A stretch of DNA of 64,000 bases from an uncultured Actinomycetota bacterium (GCA_963770565.1 CAVYQE010000001.1:1024001-1088000), one strand, 5' to 3'. Counted from the first letter of the stretch, positions 39,203 through 49,432 are shown. Notes: generated from the sequence alone by a model not told the origin. Translations and numbers: made by a program.

Positions 39203-41317
39203 ATGACCGGCGTGCGCCCGTCCGCGCTCGCCGGATCAGACGAGCAAGCTGCACTCGCCGACGCGGTCAGCGGCTTCGCCGAGCGGGCCGGCCTGACGCA
39301 GCAAGCCCGGGCCACGCTCGACCAGGACCTCGATCGGCTTCCACCCGGCTGGCCGGCGCTGGCCGATCAAGAACTGCTGGCGCTGCCGTGGGATGCCCAC
39401 GTCGTCGAGACCTGCGTCGCACTCGAGGTGCTCGGCCGGGCGGTCGCGCCGGGACCGGTCCTGCCCACCATGCTCGCCGGGTTGCTGATCGCCAGGTTCG
39501 GATCGGCGGAATTCGCGGCCAAGGTCGAGGCGGCCGCTCGGGACGGCAGCTTCTCGGCGGCGGTCAGCATCAACGGCCAGCTCCTCGGCGGTGCGGATGT
39601 GAGCACGGTCGTGCTGCCGGTCGATGGCGTTTGGTACGCCGTCGACGCGGCCGGCCTGGCGCTGACCTCGACGCCGGGAATCGACCCGAGCCGCCGGATC
39701 GCGGTCGCTACCGTCGCTCCGAGCGCCGCGGCCGACCGGGCCCTCACCGGCCTGACCGATGCCACGGTCGAGGCCTACGCGGTGGTACTTCTCGCCGCCG
39801 AAGCGGCGGGCGTCGCGTCGTGGTGCGTCGACACCGCGGTCGCCTACGCGAAGGTGCGCGAGCAGTTCGGGCAGCCGATCGGGGCGTTCCAGGCGGTCAA
39901 GCATCGGTGCGCGGACATGCTGTGCGATCTCGAGCTGGCCCGCGCCGCCGCGTGGGATGCGGCCACCGCACTCGACGATCCCGACACCGACGACCCGGCG
40001 CGGTCGCTCGCCGTTGTGGTCGCGGCCGCGGTCGCCCCGCAGGCCGCGGTCGATGTCGCGAAGAGCCTGATCCAGGTGCTCGGCGGGATCGGCTTCACCT
40101 GGGAGCACGACGCGCACCTCTACCTCAAACGTGCGCTGGCCGCCCGCCAGCTGCTCGGCGGCACCGGCGGGTGGCATCGCCGCGCCGCGGACCTCGCCCG
40201 CACCGGCGTACGACGGCACCACGCGGTCGAGCTCGGCGCGGCCGCCGAACCGATCCGAGCCGAGGTCCGGGAGTTCGTGGCCGGCCTCGACGGGCTCGAC
40301 CCGACGGCGGCCCGAGTGGCGATCGCCGATGCCGGCTATCTCGTGCCGCACTGGCCGGCGCCGTACGGCCGGGCCGCCGGTCCGGTCGAGCAACTGGTGA
40401 TCGACGAGGAGTTCGCGCGGGCCGGTGTGGCCCGGCCCGATCTGGTGATCGGCAGCTGGGCGTTGTCGACGATCCTCGCGCACGGCACGGACGAGCAACG
40501 GGCCCGGTTTGCGCCACCCACGCTGTACGGCGAGATCAGCTGGTGCCAGATGTTCAGCGAGCCGGGCGCCGGGTCGGACCTGGCCGCGCTGCAGACCGCC
40601 GCGGTCCGGGTCGACGGTGGCTGGTCGCTGACCGGACAGAAGGTGTGGACGTCACAGGCGCAGGTTGCGGACTGGGCGATCTGCCTGGCCCGCACCTCGA
40701 GCAGCCCGAACCGGCACGACGGGATCACCTACTTCCTGGTCGACATGCGCACGGGAGGTATCGACGTCCGCCCGCTCCGTGAGCTGACGGGCGACGCGAT
40801 GTTCAACGAGATCTTTCTGACCGACGTCTTCGTGCCCGACGACTGCGTGGTCGGCGAGGTCGACGGCGGCTGGCGACTGGCCAGGACCACGTTGGCCAAC
40901 GAGCGGGTCGCGATGAGCAGCGGCGCGGCCTTCCCGTCCGGGGTCGAAGAGGTGCTCGGCGCGCTTGCCCGCAGCAGCGAACCCGACGATCCGGCCGAGC
41001 TGGCCCGGGTCGGTGCGCTCGTGTGCGCGGCGCAGGCCGACGCGATGCTCGGCGTGCGGGCCACGCTCGCCCGGGTCTCCGGCGTCGATCCCGGCGCGGT
41101 GTCGAGCGTGCGCAAGCTGGTCGGCATGCACCTGCGGCAGGACGCCTCGGAGCTGGCGCTCGAGCTGCTCGGCCCGGCCGCGACCGGCGTGACCGACGCT
41201 CCGACCAACTGGGCGCTGCGGCGGTTCCTCGGCAACCGCGCTCTCACGATCGCCGGCGGCACCAGCGAGGTGCTGCACAACGTGATCGGCGAGCGGATCC
41301 TCGGGCTGCCGCGATGA
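39203..41317 (+). CDS. Double-domain acyl-CoA dehydrogenase (FadE34/ChsE3-like)
   Basis: Two fused ACAD halves: REQFGQPIGAFQAVKHRCA…GGIGFTWEHD and WCQMFSEPGAGSDLA…TIAGGTSEV. Confidence 0.85.
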   Translation: MTGVRPSALAGSDEQAALADAVSGFAERAGLTQQARATLDQDLDRLPPGWPALADQELLALPWDAHVVETCVALEVLGRAVAPGPVLPTMLAGLLIARFGSAEFAAKVEAAARDGSFSAAVSINGQLLGGADVSTVVLPVDGVWYAVDAAGLALTSTPGIDPSRRIAVATVAPSAAADRALTGLTDATVEAYAVVLLAAEAAGVASWCVDTAVAYAKVREQFGQPIGAFQAVKHRCADMLCDLELARAAAWDAATALDDPDTDDPARSLAVVVAAAVAPQAAVDVAKSLIQVLGGIGFTWEHDAHLYLKRALAARQLLGGTGGWHRRAADLARTGVRRHHAVELGAAAEPIRAEVREFVAGLDGLDPTAARVAIADAGYLVPHWPAPYGRAAGPVEQLVIDEEFARAGVARPDLVIGSWALSTILAHGTDEQRARFAPPTLYGEISWCQMFSEPGAGSDLAALQTAAVRVDGGWSLTGQKVWTSQAQVADWAICLARTSSSPNRHDGITYFLVDMRTGGIDVRPLRELTGDAMFNEIFLTDVFVPDDCVVGEVDGGWRLARTTLANERVAMSSGAAFPSGVEEVLGALARSSEPDDPAELARVGALVCAAQADAMLGVRATLARVSGVDPGAVSSVRKLVGMHLRQDASELALELLGPAATGVTDAPTNWALRRFLGNRALTIAGGTSEVLHNVIGERILGLPR

Positions 41318-41342
41318 GCGGGCGCTGGATGAGTGGGCACTG

Positions 41343-42356
41343 ATGGTCCAGGACCTGCGACTCGGGCTGATGCTCGGTTACTGGGGCGCGAACCCCGACG
41401 ACGCGACTGACAGCGTGCGGGCGGCCGAGGACGTCGGCTTCGACTCGGTGTGGACCGCCGAGGCCTATGGCTCCGACGCGTTCACCCCGCTGACCTGGTA
41501 CGCCGCGCGCACGTCCCGGATCAAGCTCGGCACCGGCATCGTGCAGATGTCGGCGCGGACTCCGGCTGCGACCGCGATGAGTGCGGCGACGCTCGACGCG
41601 CTCTCCGGCGGCCGGCTCAGCCTCGGCCTCGGCGTGTCCGGACCGCAGGTGGTCGAGGGGTGGTACGGCGTACCGTTCCCGAAGCCGTTGGAGCGGACCC
41701 GCGACTACGTCGAGATCGTGCGGTCGGTGTGGCGGCGCGACGTGGTGAGCAGTGCCAGTGAGCACTACCCGCTGCCGTATCCCGGCGGGACCGGGCTCGG
41801 CAAGTCGATCAAGCTCACCCTGCATCCGGTGCGCGAGCGGATCCCGATCCTGCTCGGGGCCGAGGGCCCGAAGAACGTCGCGCTGGCGACCGAGATCGCC
41901 GATGGCTGGCTGCCGATCTTCTTCCACGCCGAGCGCGGCGCCGAGGTGTACGCCGAGGCGCTGTCGGGTGCACCCGAAGGCTTCGAGGTCTGCTGCCCCG
42001 TCACGGTCGTCGTCAACGACGACGTCGACGCGGCGCGCGAGGTGGTCAAGTGGACGTTGGCCTTCTACATCGGCGGGATGGGCGCGGCGAATCTCAACTT
42101 CCATCTCAACGTGATCGGCCGGTTCGGGTACGCCGACGCGGCCGCGCAGGTGCAGCAGCTGTTCATGTCCGGCGACCGCGAGGCGGCGATGCGTGCCGTG
42201 CCCGACGACCTCGCAGACGGGATCGCACTGTGCGGTCCGCTGGACCGGATCCGGGAGCGGCTCGAGCTATGGCGGGCCGGTCCGGTGACCACGATGCTCG
42301 TCGGCGGCGTACGGGATCCGGCCCACCTCGCGGCGCTCGCCGACCTGGTCCGCTGA
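41343..42356 (+). CDS. LLM class F420-dependent oxidoreductase
   Basis: WTAEAYGSDA, LGLGVSGPQVVEGWYG, GAEGPKNV. Confidence 0.9.
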   Translation: MVQDLRLGLMLGYWGANPDDATDSVRAAEDVGFDSVWTAEAYGSDAFTPLTWYAARTSRIKLGTGIVQMSARTPAATAMSAATLDALSGGRLSLGLGVSGPQVVEGWYGVPFPKPLERTRDYVEIVRSVWRRDVVSSASEHYPLPYPGGTGLGKSIKLTLHPVRERIPILLGAEGPKNVALATEIADGWLPIFFHAERGAEVYAEALSGAPEGFEVCCPVTVVVNDDVDAAREVVKWTLAFYIGGMGAANLNFHLNVIGRFGYADAAAQVQQLFMSGDREAAMRAVPDDLADGIALCGPLDRIRERLELWRAGPVTTMLVGGVRDPAHLAALADLVR

Positions 42357-42363
42357 GCGGGAC

Positions 42364-43482
42364 ATGAGCGACGTGAGCACGACGCTCGATCCGTCGGCGG
42401 TCGATGCGCTGGTGGCCCGGTGCCGGCGCGATGTCGACGACGGGTTGCTGCCGTCGTGCCAGCTCGCTCTCGGCCTCGGCGGTGAGATCGTGGTCAACGA
42501 GACGATCGGCGCGGAGGCCGGGTCACGGTACGTGACGTTCAGCGTCACGAAGGCGTTCAGCGCCGCGCTCGCCTGGTTGCTGATCGGCGACGGTGTGCTC
42601 TCCGATCACACCCGGGTGGCCGAGGTCGTGCCGGAGTTCGCGACCCACGGCAAGCAGGTCGTGACGATCGAGCATCTGCTCACCCACACGGCCGGCTTCG
42701 CGCGGGCGCCGATGCGACCCGAAGAGGGCGCCGACCGCGAGCAGCGGCTCAAGCGGTTCGCGACCTGGGAGCTCGACTGGGAGCCGGGTACGCGAACCGA
42801 GTATCACGCGACCTCGGCGTACTGGGCGCTGGTCGAGGTGATCGACCGGCTCACCGGCAGCGACTTCCGGACCGTGTTCGCCGATCGGATCGCGGCGCCC
42901 CTGGGGATCACCGGTCTGACCATGGGTGCGCCGGTAGGGGCGCAAGCCGATGTCGCCGTACTCGAACTGGTCGGAGCGCCCGGCGCGGACGGTGAGTCGC
43001 TCGGCGACCGGGTGCGCGAGACCGGCGAGAACTTCCTGTTGCGCTTCAACGAGCCCGAGGTGCTGGCCGCCGGCGTGCCCGGCGCGGGTGCGGTGGCGAG
43101 TGCGGCCGACGTCGCGATGTTCTACCAGGCCTTGCTCCACAATCCAGGTGACGTGTGGTCGGCGGACGTGTTGCACGACGCGACGGCGAATGTGCGCAAC
43201 ACCCTGGTCGATCCACTGTTCACCTGTCCGGCCAACCGGACCCTCGGCCTGGTGGTCGCCGGCGACGACGACAACGCGGTCGTGCGCGGGTTCGGGCGAA
43301 GCGCCGGTCCGCGCGCCTTCGGGGCGATGGGGGTCGGCGGTCAGATCGCCTGGGCCGATCCTGACAGCGGGCTGTCGTTCGCCTACCTCACCAACGGCCT
43401 CGACGTGAATGTTGTGTCGTCGTTCACCCGCTCGGCGAAGATCGCCGGACTGGCCGCGCGGACGGTCCGTCAGCTGTCCTGA
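42364..43482 (+). CDS. Serine hydrolase, beta-lactamase-like esterase
   Basis: FSVTK (SxxK), LLTHTAG, WEPGT…YH, AWADP. Confidence 0.85.
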   Translation: MSDVSTTLDPSAVDALVARCRRDVDDGLLPSCQLALGLGGEIVVNETIGAEAGSRYVTFSVTKAFSAALAWLLIGDGVLSDHTRVAEVVPEFATHGKQVVTIEHLLTHTAGFARAPMRPEEGADREQRLKRFATWELDWEPGTRTEYHATSAYWALVEVIDRLTGSDFRTVFADRIAAPLGITGLTMGAPVGAQADVAVLELVGAPGADGESLGDRVRETGENFLLRFNEPEVLAAGVPGAGAVASAADVAMFYQALLHNPGDVWSADVLHDATANVRNTLVDPLFTCPANRTLGLVVAGDDDNAVVRGFGRSAGPRAFGAMGVGGQIAWADPDSGLSFAYLTNGLDVNVVSSFTRSAKIAGLAARTVRQLS

Positions 43483-44612
43483 ACAACGGCGGGCTCGCCG
43501 TCATCGAGTACGGCGGCCGCGATCAGCTCGTTGAGGTAGCGGGTGTCCCAGTGGTTGAGCTGCAGTGACTTCGCGCGGCGGAAGAACAGCTGGATGTCGA
43601 AGTCGAGGGTGAACCCGTTGCCCCCGAAGATCTGCTGCGCGGTCGCGGTCACGTCACGGAACGTCTGGCAGGCGAAGCTCTTGGCCATCGGCGCGAACAC
43701 CGCGAACCGATCGGTTCGGCCGCTCGCCCAGGCGGCCTCCCAGGCGAGGGCTTGCGCACCGTCGACCGCGGTTGTCGCGTCGGCGAGGTAGTGCGAGATC
43801 GCCTGGAACGCGGCGAGCGGCTTGCCGAACTGCTCGCGGGTGTTCGCGTATGCCACCGCGAGCTCGAGCGCCGCGCGCGCTCCGCCGGCCGCCTGTGCGG
43901 CAAGCAGGGTCGCGCCGTCGAGCATCGTGTCGTGCCAGGGCTGCCAGGCCTCGCGGTGCACCAGCGCATCGGCCGGCACGACGACGTCGTCGAACCGGAT
44001 CCTGAACTGGGAGTCCGACGCGACGGTGAGCTGCTGCTCGAGCGTGAGTCCGGCCGCCGTCGTTGGGACCAACACGGCGACGATCCCGCCGGAGGTTTCG
44101 CGGCCGAGGACCGCCATCGAATCGGCGGCCTGTGCGAACGGCACGTGCACCTTCGTTCCCGAGAGCCGCCAGCCGTCACCGTCCGGCGTTGCGCGGAGCT
44201 GAACCCCGGCGGGTCCGTAGCCGCAGTCGGGTTCGAGCGCCGCGACCGTGACGACCGAGTCGCCACTGGCGATCCCGGGCAGGACGCGCGACTTCAACGC
44301 CTGGTCGGACGTACGACCGATCAGGCCGGCCGCCAGGACGCAACTGACGAAATGCGGGCTCGGGACGAGCGCCCGGCCCAGCTCCTCGTAGACCACCGCG
44401 GCGTCGAGCATCGTCATGCCGCTGCCGCCGTACCGCTCGCTGATCAAGACGCCGAGTACGCCGAGTTCGCCGAGCTGGGACCACAGCGCGGCGGAGTAGC
44501 CGACCGGGTCGTCCTCGAGCTTGCGGGCGGTGTCGAGGCCGCCGTGCCGCTCGCAGCTGCGGCGCACGGACTCGCGCAGCAGGTCCTGCTCGGCGGTGAA
44601 GTCCAGGTCCAT
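43470..44612 (-). CDS. Acyl-CoA dehydrogenase (heteromeric-type subunit)
   Basis: MDLDFTAEQ, REQFGKPLAAFQAISH, QIFGGNGFT. Confidence 0.88.
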   Translation of the reverse strand: MDLDFTAEQDLLRESVRRSCERHGGLDTARKLEDDPVGYSAALWSQLGELGVLGVLISERYGGSGMTMLDAAVVYEELGRALVPSPHFVSCVLAAGLIGRTSDQALKSRVLPGIASGDSVVTVAALEPDCGYGPAGVQLRATPDGDGWRLSGTKVHVPFAQAADSMAVLGRETSGGIVAVLVPTTAAGLTLEQQLTVASDSQFRIRFDDVVVPADALVHREAWQPWHDTMLDGATLLAAQAAGGARAALELAVAYANTREQFGKPLAAFQAISHYLADATTAVDGAQALAWEAAWASGRTDRFAVFAPMAKSFACQTFRDVTATAQQIFGGNGFTLDFDIQLFFRRAKSLQLNHWDTRYLNELIAAAVLDDGEPAVVQDS

Positions 44613-44627
44613 CGAGGCTCGCTCCGG

Positions 44628-45104
44628 TCAGGGTTGCCAGCGCTCGCCGTGGCGAGCCCAGGGGTTGTCGTCGGCGCCGGCCGGTAGTGCGATCCGGGCG
44701 TTGCAGACGGTGCACTTCCGGTCGCCGACCGCCACCACGATCTCGAGACCGACCCAGCCGCAACCCTGCTCGTCGGTCTCGACCGCGCTGACCGACCCGG
44801 TGAACACCATCGTGTCGCCGGCGCAGATCGAGTCGAACATTCGGAACGACATCCGGCCGAGCCGGCCGGCCGGTCCGCTCCAGTCGGTGATGTATCGCTC
44901 GAACCAGGCGGCCTGGTTGGGTGCGCTGATGAAGATGTCGCGCATCCCGTTGCGCTCGGTCGCGAAGTGGTAGTCGTGATGCTGCGGTCGCCAGTCGCGG
45001 GTCGCGAGTGCGCCCCCGACGACCGTCGTCGCGCTCACGTCGTAGGACAGCGAAGGCAAGGCGGCTCCGACCGTGACGTCGGCCAATGCGCGGGTCGCGA
45101 TCAT
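44628..45104 (-). CDS. MaoC-like hot-dog hydratase subunit (ChsH1-like)
   Basis: GALATRDWRPQHHD…DIF; W-x-GP motif. Confidence 0.75.
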   Translation of the reverse strand: MIATRALADVTVGAALPSLSYDVSATTVVGGALATRDWRPQHHDYHFATERNGMRDIFISAPNQAAWFERYITDWSGPAGRLGRMSFRMFDSICAGDTMVFTGSVSAVETDEQGCGWVGLEIVVAVGDRKCTVCNARIALPAGADDNPWARHGERWQP

Positions 45105-45616
45105 GAGGCCTTCCGTCGATAGCCGAAGCCGGTCCACGACTCGACCCCGACCAGGTCGCCGCGCTGGTTGTGGTACTCGACGTCGATCACCCAGAACCGG
45201 CCGATGCCGAGCTTGGTGTCCTTCTCGGCGCTGACCGACCGCAGCCGCTGACAGCTGGTGATCCGGTCGCCGGGCCGGACCGGTTCGTGGAAGATCAGCG
45301 TGTTGTCGGTCATCACGGCCTCGGGCAGATCGAAGGCCTCCTTCAGATCGAAGTGGATCTGCAGCGGCAGCTTGGGTGCATCGCGGTTCGGCGCCCAGTG
45401 ATGCGGGCGCAGCCAGGTCGAGAGCATCGACGGTGCCGCGATCGGCCCGTCGGTCAGCTCGGCGGCGACCGCGTCGTCCCAGAACAGCGGGTTGCCGTTC
45501 TCGACCGACGCGCACGAGGTCCAGATGTAGCCGCGCTCGACCGGGAACTCGGCCGCCTCTTCGTACTGCGGCTGGTCGATCACGGCACTGATCCGGGCCG
45601 GCAGGTCGCTCGTCAT
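45101..45616 (-). CDS. MaoC-like / FAS1 dehydratase N-terminal subunit (ChsH2-N-like)
   Basis: PVE…I…C…NPLFWD…APSMLSTW, PVRPGDRI, NQRGDLVG. Confidence 0.75.
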   Translation of the reverse strand: MTSDLPARISAVIDQPQYEEAAEFPVERGYIWTSCASVENGNPLFWDDAVAAELTDGPIAAPSMLSTWLRPHHWAPNRDAPKLPLQIHFDLKEAFDLPEAVMTDNTLIFHEPVRPGDRITSCQRLRSVSAEKDTKLGIGRFWVIDVEYHNQRGDLVGVESWTGFGYRRKAS

Positions 45617-46773
45617 GCGATCGCCCCCGCGCTGCGCAGCTCGGCGACCTCGTCGGCGCTCAGCCCGGCTTCGGCAAAGATGAGGTCCGTGTCGGTGACC
45701 GACCGGTCGGGCAGCGCATAGCTGCCCTGGCGGGTGACGCCCGCGAACTGCGGCGCGAGCTGAGCGGCACCGGGCCCGGCCGAGCCGGTCGTCTCCGCGA
45801 AAGCGCGCCGAGACCTGAAGCCGGGATCGGCAGCCGCCTCACTCGCGGTCAAGACCGGCGCGACGCAAGTGTCGGCGTCGGCCAGCAGGTCCACCCACTC
45901 GTCTCGCGGTTTCGTGGCGAACGTCGCGGTGAGTGCGGCCCGGAGCTCGTCCTGCGCGTCCTCGTCGTACTGGCGGTCGACCGGCGAGTCGAGGCCGAGC
46001 GCGGTGCAGAGGTTGGCCCAGAACTTCGGCTCGATCGCGGCGACCGTGAGCCAGCCGCCGTCGGCGGCCCGATACGTGTCGTAGCAGGCGAACCGGCCGG
46101 ACAGCGGCGCGCACCCCGGCAGCTGTTCGGCGCCGGTGGCGAGCACGTCGTCGATCTGAAGCGACATGAGTGCAAGGACGCCGTCGGCTACCGCGACATC
46201 GAGGTAGCGGCCTTCACCAGAGCCGGTTCGCGCCACCAAGGCGGCCAGGATTGCGATGACGGCCTGCATCCCGCCGCCCGCACTGTCGGCGATGGTCGCG
46301 CCGGGCAACGGCGGCTTGCCCTCGGCGACCGGCTCGGCGCCGGCGAGGTAGCCGCTGACCCCGAGGTAGTTGAGGTCATGACCGGCCCACTGCGCGCGGA
46401 GACCGCTCTGGCCGTAGCCGGTCGTCGAGCAGTAGACGATGCCGCGGTTGACCGTTTTGACGTCGTCGTAGCCGATACCGAGGCGGTCGACGACGCCGGG
46501 GCGGAAGCTCTCGATCACGACGTCGGCGTGCCCGGCCAGTCGGAGAAACGCGGCCCGACCGGCGTCGGACTTCAGGTCGATCTGCACCTGCCGAGTGCCG
46601 CGACCGCCGCTGTAGTAGTGCGGTTTCGGCACGAGTTGCACGTCCTGGTCGCGCGCGGTGGGTCCGACCCGGATCACGTCGGCGCCGTAGTCGGCGAGCC
46701 ACCCGGAGGCGCGCACGGCCGGGCCCACACTGGCCAGGTCGAGCACTGTGATGCCCTCGAGTAGTCCGGTCAT
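45613..46773 (-). CDS. CaiB/BaiF CoA-transferase family III / acyl-CoA racemase
   Basis: LADYGADVIRV, ESFRPGVVDRLG, GHDLNY, YRAADG…AIEPKFW. Confidence 0.88.
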   Translation of the reverse strand: MTGLLEGITVLDLASVGPAVRASGWLADYGADVIRVGPTARDQDVQLVPKPHYYSGGRGTRQVQIDLKSDAGRAAFLRLAGHADVVIESFRPGVVDRLGIGYDDVKTVNRGIVYCSTTGYGQSGLRAQWAGHDLNYLGVSGYLAGAEPVAEGKPPLPGATIADSAGGGMQAVIAILAALVARTGSGEGRYLDVAVADGVLALMSLQIDDVLATGAEQLPGCAPLSGRFACYDTYRAADGGWLTVAAIEPKFWANLCTALGLDSPVDRQYDEDAQDELRAALTATFATKPRDEWVDLLADADTCVAPVLTASEAAADPGFRSRRAFAETTGSAGPGAAQLAPQFAGVTRQGSYALPDRSVTDTDLIFAEAGLSADEVAELRSAGAIA

Positions 46774-46791
46774 CGGCTCAGGTGCCCGCCG

Positions 46792-47976
46792 TCACGCGAA
46801 GTTCTTCGGAAGGCCGAGCTTGCGCCTCGAGATGATGTTCTTCTGCACCTCCGACGTGCCGCCGCCGATGGTGTCGAGGACGGTGTAGCGGTACGTCGAC
46901 TCGGTGCGGCCGCGCATCGGGGCGTCATCCGTACCGACCCGAAGCTGCGTGCCAGGTCCGGCGATGTCCATCGCCGCATCGGCGAGCTGCTTGGAGAACT
47001 CGGTCGCGAACAGCTTGTATTCGCTTGCCTCCGCGGTCGGCGCGGCCCCGCCCTTCACCGACTTGGCGAGGAAGCGCAGACCGAGCACCCGCGCCACCTC
47101 GGCTCTGGTCGTCAGCTCGGCGACCTGCGAACGCACCAGTGGGTCCGCGCGCAACGGCTTGCCGTCGCGGGTCGCGGTCTTGACGTGGTCGACGAGCAGG
47201 TCGAGCCGCTGTTTGATCGGCGAGAAGGTGAACATCGTGAAGCGCTCGAGGTCGAGCGCCTCGGAAATGTACTGGAATCCGCGGCCGAGGTCACCGACGA
47301 CGTAGTCGTTGGGCACTCGAACGTCGTCGAAGAACACCTCGTTGGTGCGCTCGTTGCCCATCGTGCGGATCTCTTTGACGGTGAGCCCCGGGTGGTCCAT
47401 CGGCACCAGGAACAACGTGATGCCGTGGTGCTTGGGCGCCTCCGGATCGGTCCGGGCGCCGACCCAGTACCAGTCAGCGAAATGCGCGGACGTGGTCCAG
47501 ATCTTCTGTCCGTTGAGCACCCACTCGTCGCCGTCCCGTACGGCCGAGAGCCGCATCGCCGCGGCGTCGCTTCCGGCGTCCGGCTCGCTGTAGCCCACCG
47601 CGAACTCGATCTCGGCGTTCATGATCTTCGGCAGGAACTCGGCCTTGAGTCGATCACTGCCGTGCCGCAGCAGGGTCTTGCCGATGATCCCGACGCCCTT
47701 GCCGATCTGCGGTCCGCCTCTGGCGGCGAGTGCCTCGTTCAACAGGTATTCGTAGACCCCGTCGCCGTCTTTGCCGCCCCACTCCTTGGGCCAGGTGATG
47801 CCGAGCCAGCCGCGTTTGGCGAGCTTTGCCATGAACGCGCGCCGGGCGGGGGTGTCCACGATCTGCGCCATGTTCTCCCGGGTGAGGTCGAACACCTCGG
47901 GGTCGTCGTTGGCGTCCAGGAAGTCCTCGACCTCAGCGAGGAAGGCTCGCTGCTCGGGGGTGAAGTCGAAGTCCAT
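46792..47976 (-). CDS. Acyl-CoA dehydrogenase (FadE26/FadE29-like)
   Basis: FAVGYSEPDAGSD, NGQKIWTT, NEVFFDDVRVP, TIGGGTSEVQKNII. Confidence 0.88.
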   Translation of the reverse strand: MDFDFTPEQRAFLAEVEDFLDANDDPEVFDLTRENMAQIVDTPARRAFMAKLAKRGWLGITWPKEWGGKDGDGVYEYLLNEALAARGGPQIGKGVGIIGKTLLRHGSDRLKAEFLPKIMNAEIEFAVGYSEPDAGSDAAAMRLSAVRDGDEWVLNGQKIWTTSAHFADWYWVGARTDPEAPKHHGITLFLVPMDHPGLTVKEIRTMGNERTNEVFFDDVRVPNDYVVGDLGRGFQYISEALDLERFTMFTFSPIKQRLDLLVDHVKTATRDGKPLRADPLVRSQVAELTTRAEVARVLGLRFLAKSVKGGAAPTAEASEYKLFATEFSKQLADAAMDIAGPGTQLRVGTDDAPMRGRTESTYRYTVLDTIGGGTSEVQKNIISRRKLGLPKNFA

Positions 47977-47993
47977 CGGCGGGGAGTCTATCC

Positions 47994-48018
47994 AGAATCT
48001 GACGGGTCGTCAGATTCT
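47994..48018. promoter_or_regulatory. Palindromic operator between divergent ACAD genes
   Basis: AGAATCTGACG-GGT-CGTCAGATTCT, perfect 11-bp arms. Confidence 0.7.
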
Positions 48019-48044
48019 CTGCCAGGTCACTAGGATCGGTCGTG

Positions 48045-49100
48045 ATGGACTTCACCTTCAGCCCAGAGCAAGAGGATCTGCGCCGTGCGCTCCGCGCAGT
48101 CGCGGCCGACCATTGCGCGCCGGCGCGACTGCGTGAGGTCATCGGCTCCGACGACGGGTACGACGACAACCTATGGCGCATGTTGGCCGACGAGCTCGGC
48201 CTGACCGGACTGGTTGTCAGCGAGACGCACGGCGGCAGCGGCGGATCGTTCGTCGACGCGGCGGTCGCACTCGAGGTGGCCGGCGCTGCACTGTTTCCGG
48301 TGCCGTTGCTGACCAGCCTGGTCGCGGCGGCGGCGATCGAACGCTCCGACTCCAGTTGCGGCGCCGATGTGCTGCCGGCGATCTCCGCCGGCGAACGACT
48401 TGCCGCGGTCGTGGTGGCGCCGGACCTGCACGGCGCGAGTGGTCGGTTGACCGGCACGATCCGACATGTGATCGACGGTCATCGCGCCGACCTGCTTGTC
48501 GTTGCGGCGGACGATGGTCTGTGGCTGGTCGACCGGTCGGCTCCGGGGGTCGAGGTCGACGGGGCGCGAACCCTCGATCTCACCCGGTCGCAGGCGAGCG
48601 TGTCGCTCGACGCCTGCCCGGCCGAGCGACTCGGTGATGTCGCAGTGTCGGCTGCGGCGGTCGACCTGCTTCGGACCGCGTTGGCGGTGGAGTCGATCGG
48701 AGTCACGCGGCACTGTCTGGACTCGACCGTCGACTACCTCAAGACCCGCGTGCAGTTCGGCCGGCCGATCGGTTCGTTCCAGGCGCTGCAGCATCGAGCC
48801 GCGGACCTGGTCGTGGAGCTGGAGTCGGCGGCTTCGACGGCGTACTACGCGGCCTGGGCCGCCGCGGACTCGCCGGCCGAGCTACCGGTCGTGGCACCGT
48901 TGGCAAAGTCGGTCTGCGCGGATGCGGCCTACCGGATCGCGGCCGAGACGATCCAGCTGCACGGCGGGATGGGCTTCACCTGGGAACACGACGCGCACCT
49001 GTATTTCAAGCGTGCAACCGCCACTCGATTGATGCTCGGGGACAGCCACATCCAACGGCAACTGGTCGCCGAACGCGCCGGGATCTTCATCGCGGGTTAG
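48045..49100 (+). CDS. Acyl-CoA dehydrogenase family protein
   Basis: MDFTFSPEQ, RVQFGRPIGSFQALQHR, QLHGGMGFTWEHDAHLYFKRA. Confidence 0.88.
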   Translation: MDFTFSPEQEDLRRALRAVAADHCAPARLREVIGSDDGYDDNLWRMLADELGLTGLVVSETHGGSGGSFVDAAVALEVAGAALFPVPLLTSLVAAAAIERSDSSCGADVLPAISAGERLAAVVVAPDLHGASGRLTGTIRHVIDGHRADLLVVAADDGLWLVDRSAPGVEVDGARTLDLTRSQASVSLDACPAERLGDVAVSAAAVDLLRTALAVESIGVTRHCLDSTVDYLKTRVQFGRPIGSFQALQHRAADLVVELESAASTAYYAAWAAADSPAELPVVAPLAKSVCADAAYRIAAETIQLHGGMGFTWEHDAHLYFKRATATRLMLGDSHIQRQLVAERAGIFIAG

Positions 49101-49165
49101 CCGACCGCGCGGCCCACATCGTCGCTGTCCTCTCCACAGGCAGGTCGGCTCGATACCGTGGTCGG

Positions 49166-49432
49166 GTGAGCGGCGAGCGAGTGCCCGGCGGGGTGGTGCA
49201 CAAACTTCCCCCGGACCTGCGCGTGGCGCTGGTCGGCAACATCACGGCACTCGATGCGTGGAAGGACATCACCCCGTTGGCCCGCAACGAGTTCATCTGC
49301 TGGGTCGAGGACGCCAAGCAAGAGAAGACCCGGATCCGCCGGATCCGCCGTACCCAGGAGGAGCTGGAGGAGGGCATGCGCCGGCCCTGTTGCTGGCCGG
49401 GGTGCAGCCACCGGGAGCGCAACGGCAGATAG
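49166..49432 (+). CDS. YdeI/OmpD-associated family protein
   Basis: LPPDLRVAL…ITPLARNEFICWVEDAK…RRPCCWPGC. Confidence 0.8.
   Translation: MSGERVPGGVVHKLPPDLRVALVGNITALDAWKDITPLARNEFICWVEDAKQEKTRIRRIRRTQEELEEGMRRPCCWPGCSHRERNGR

Noticed and set aside
49370-49432. RRPCCWPGC Cys motif as a second RiPP precursor
   Set aside because: It is a usual C-terminal motif of this YdeI/OmpD-associated subfamily and no modifying enzymes are nearby.
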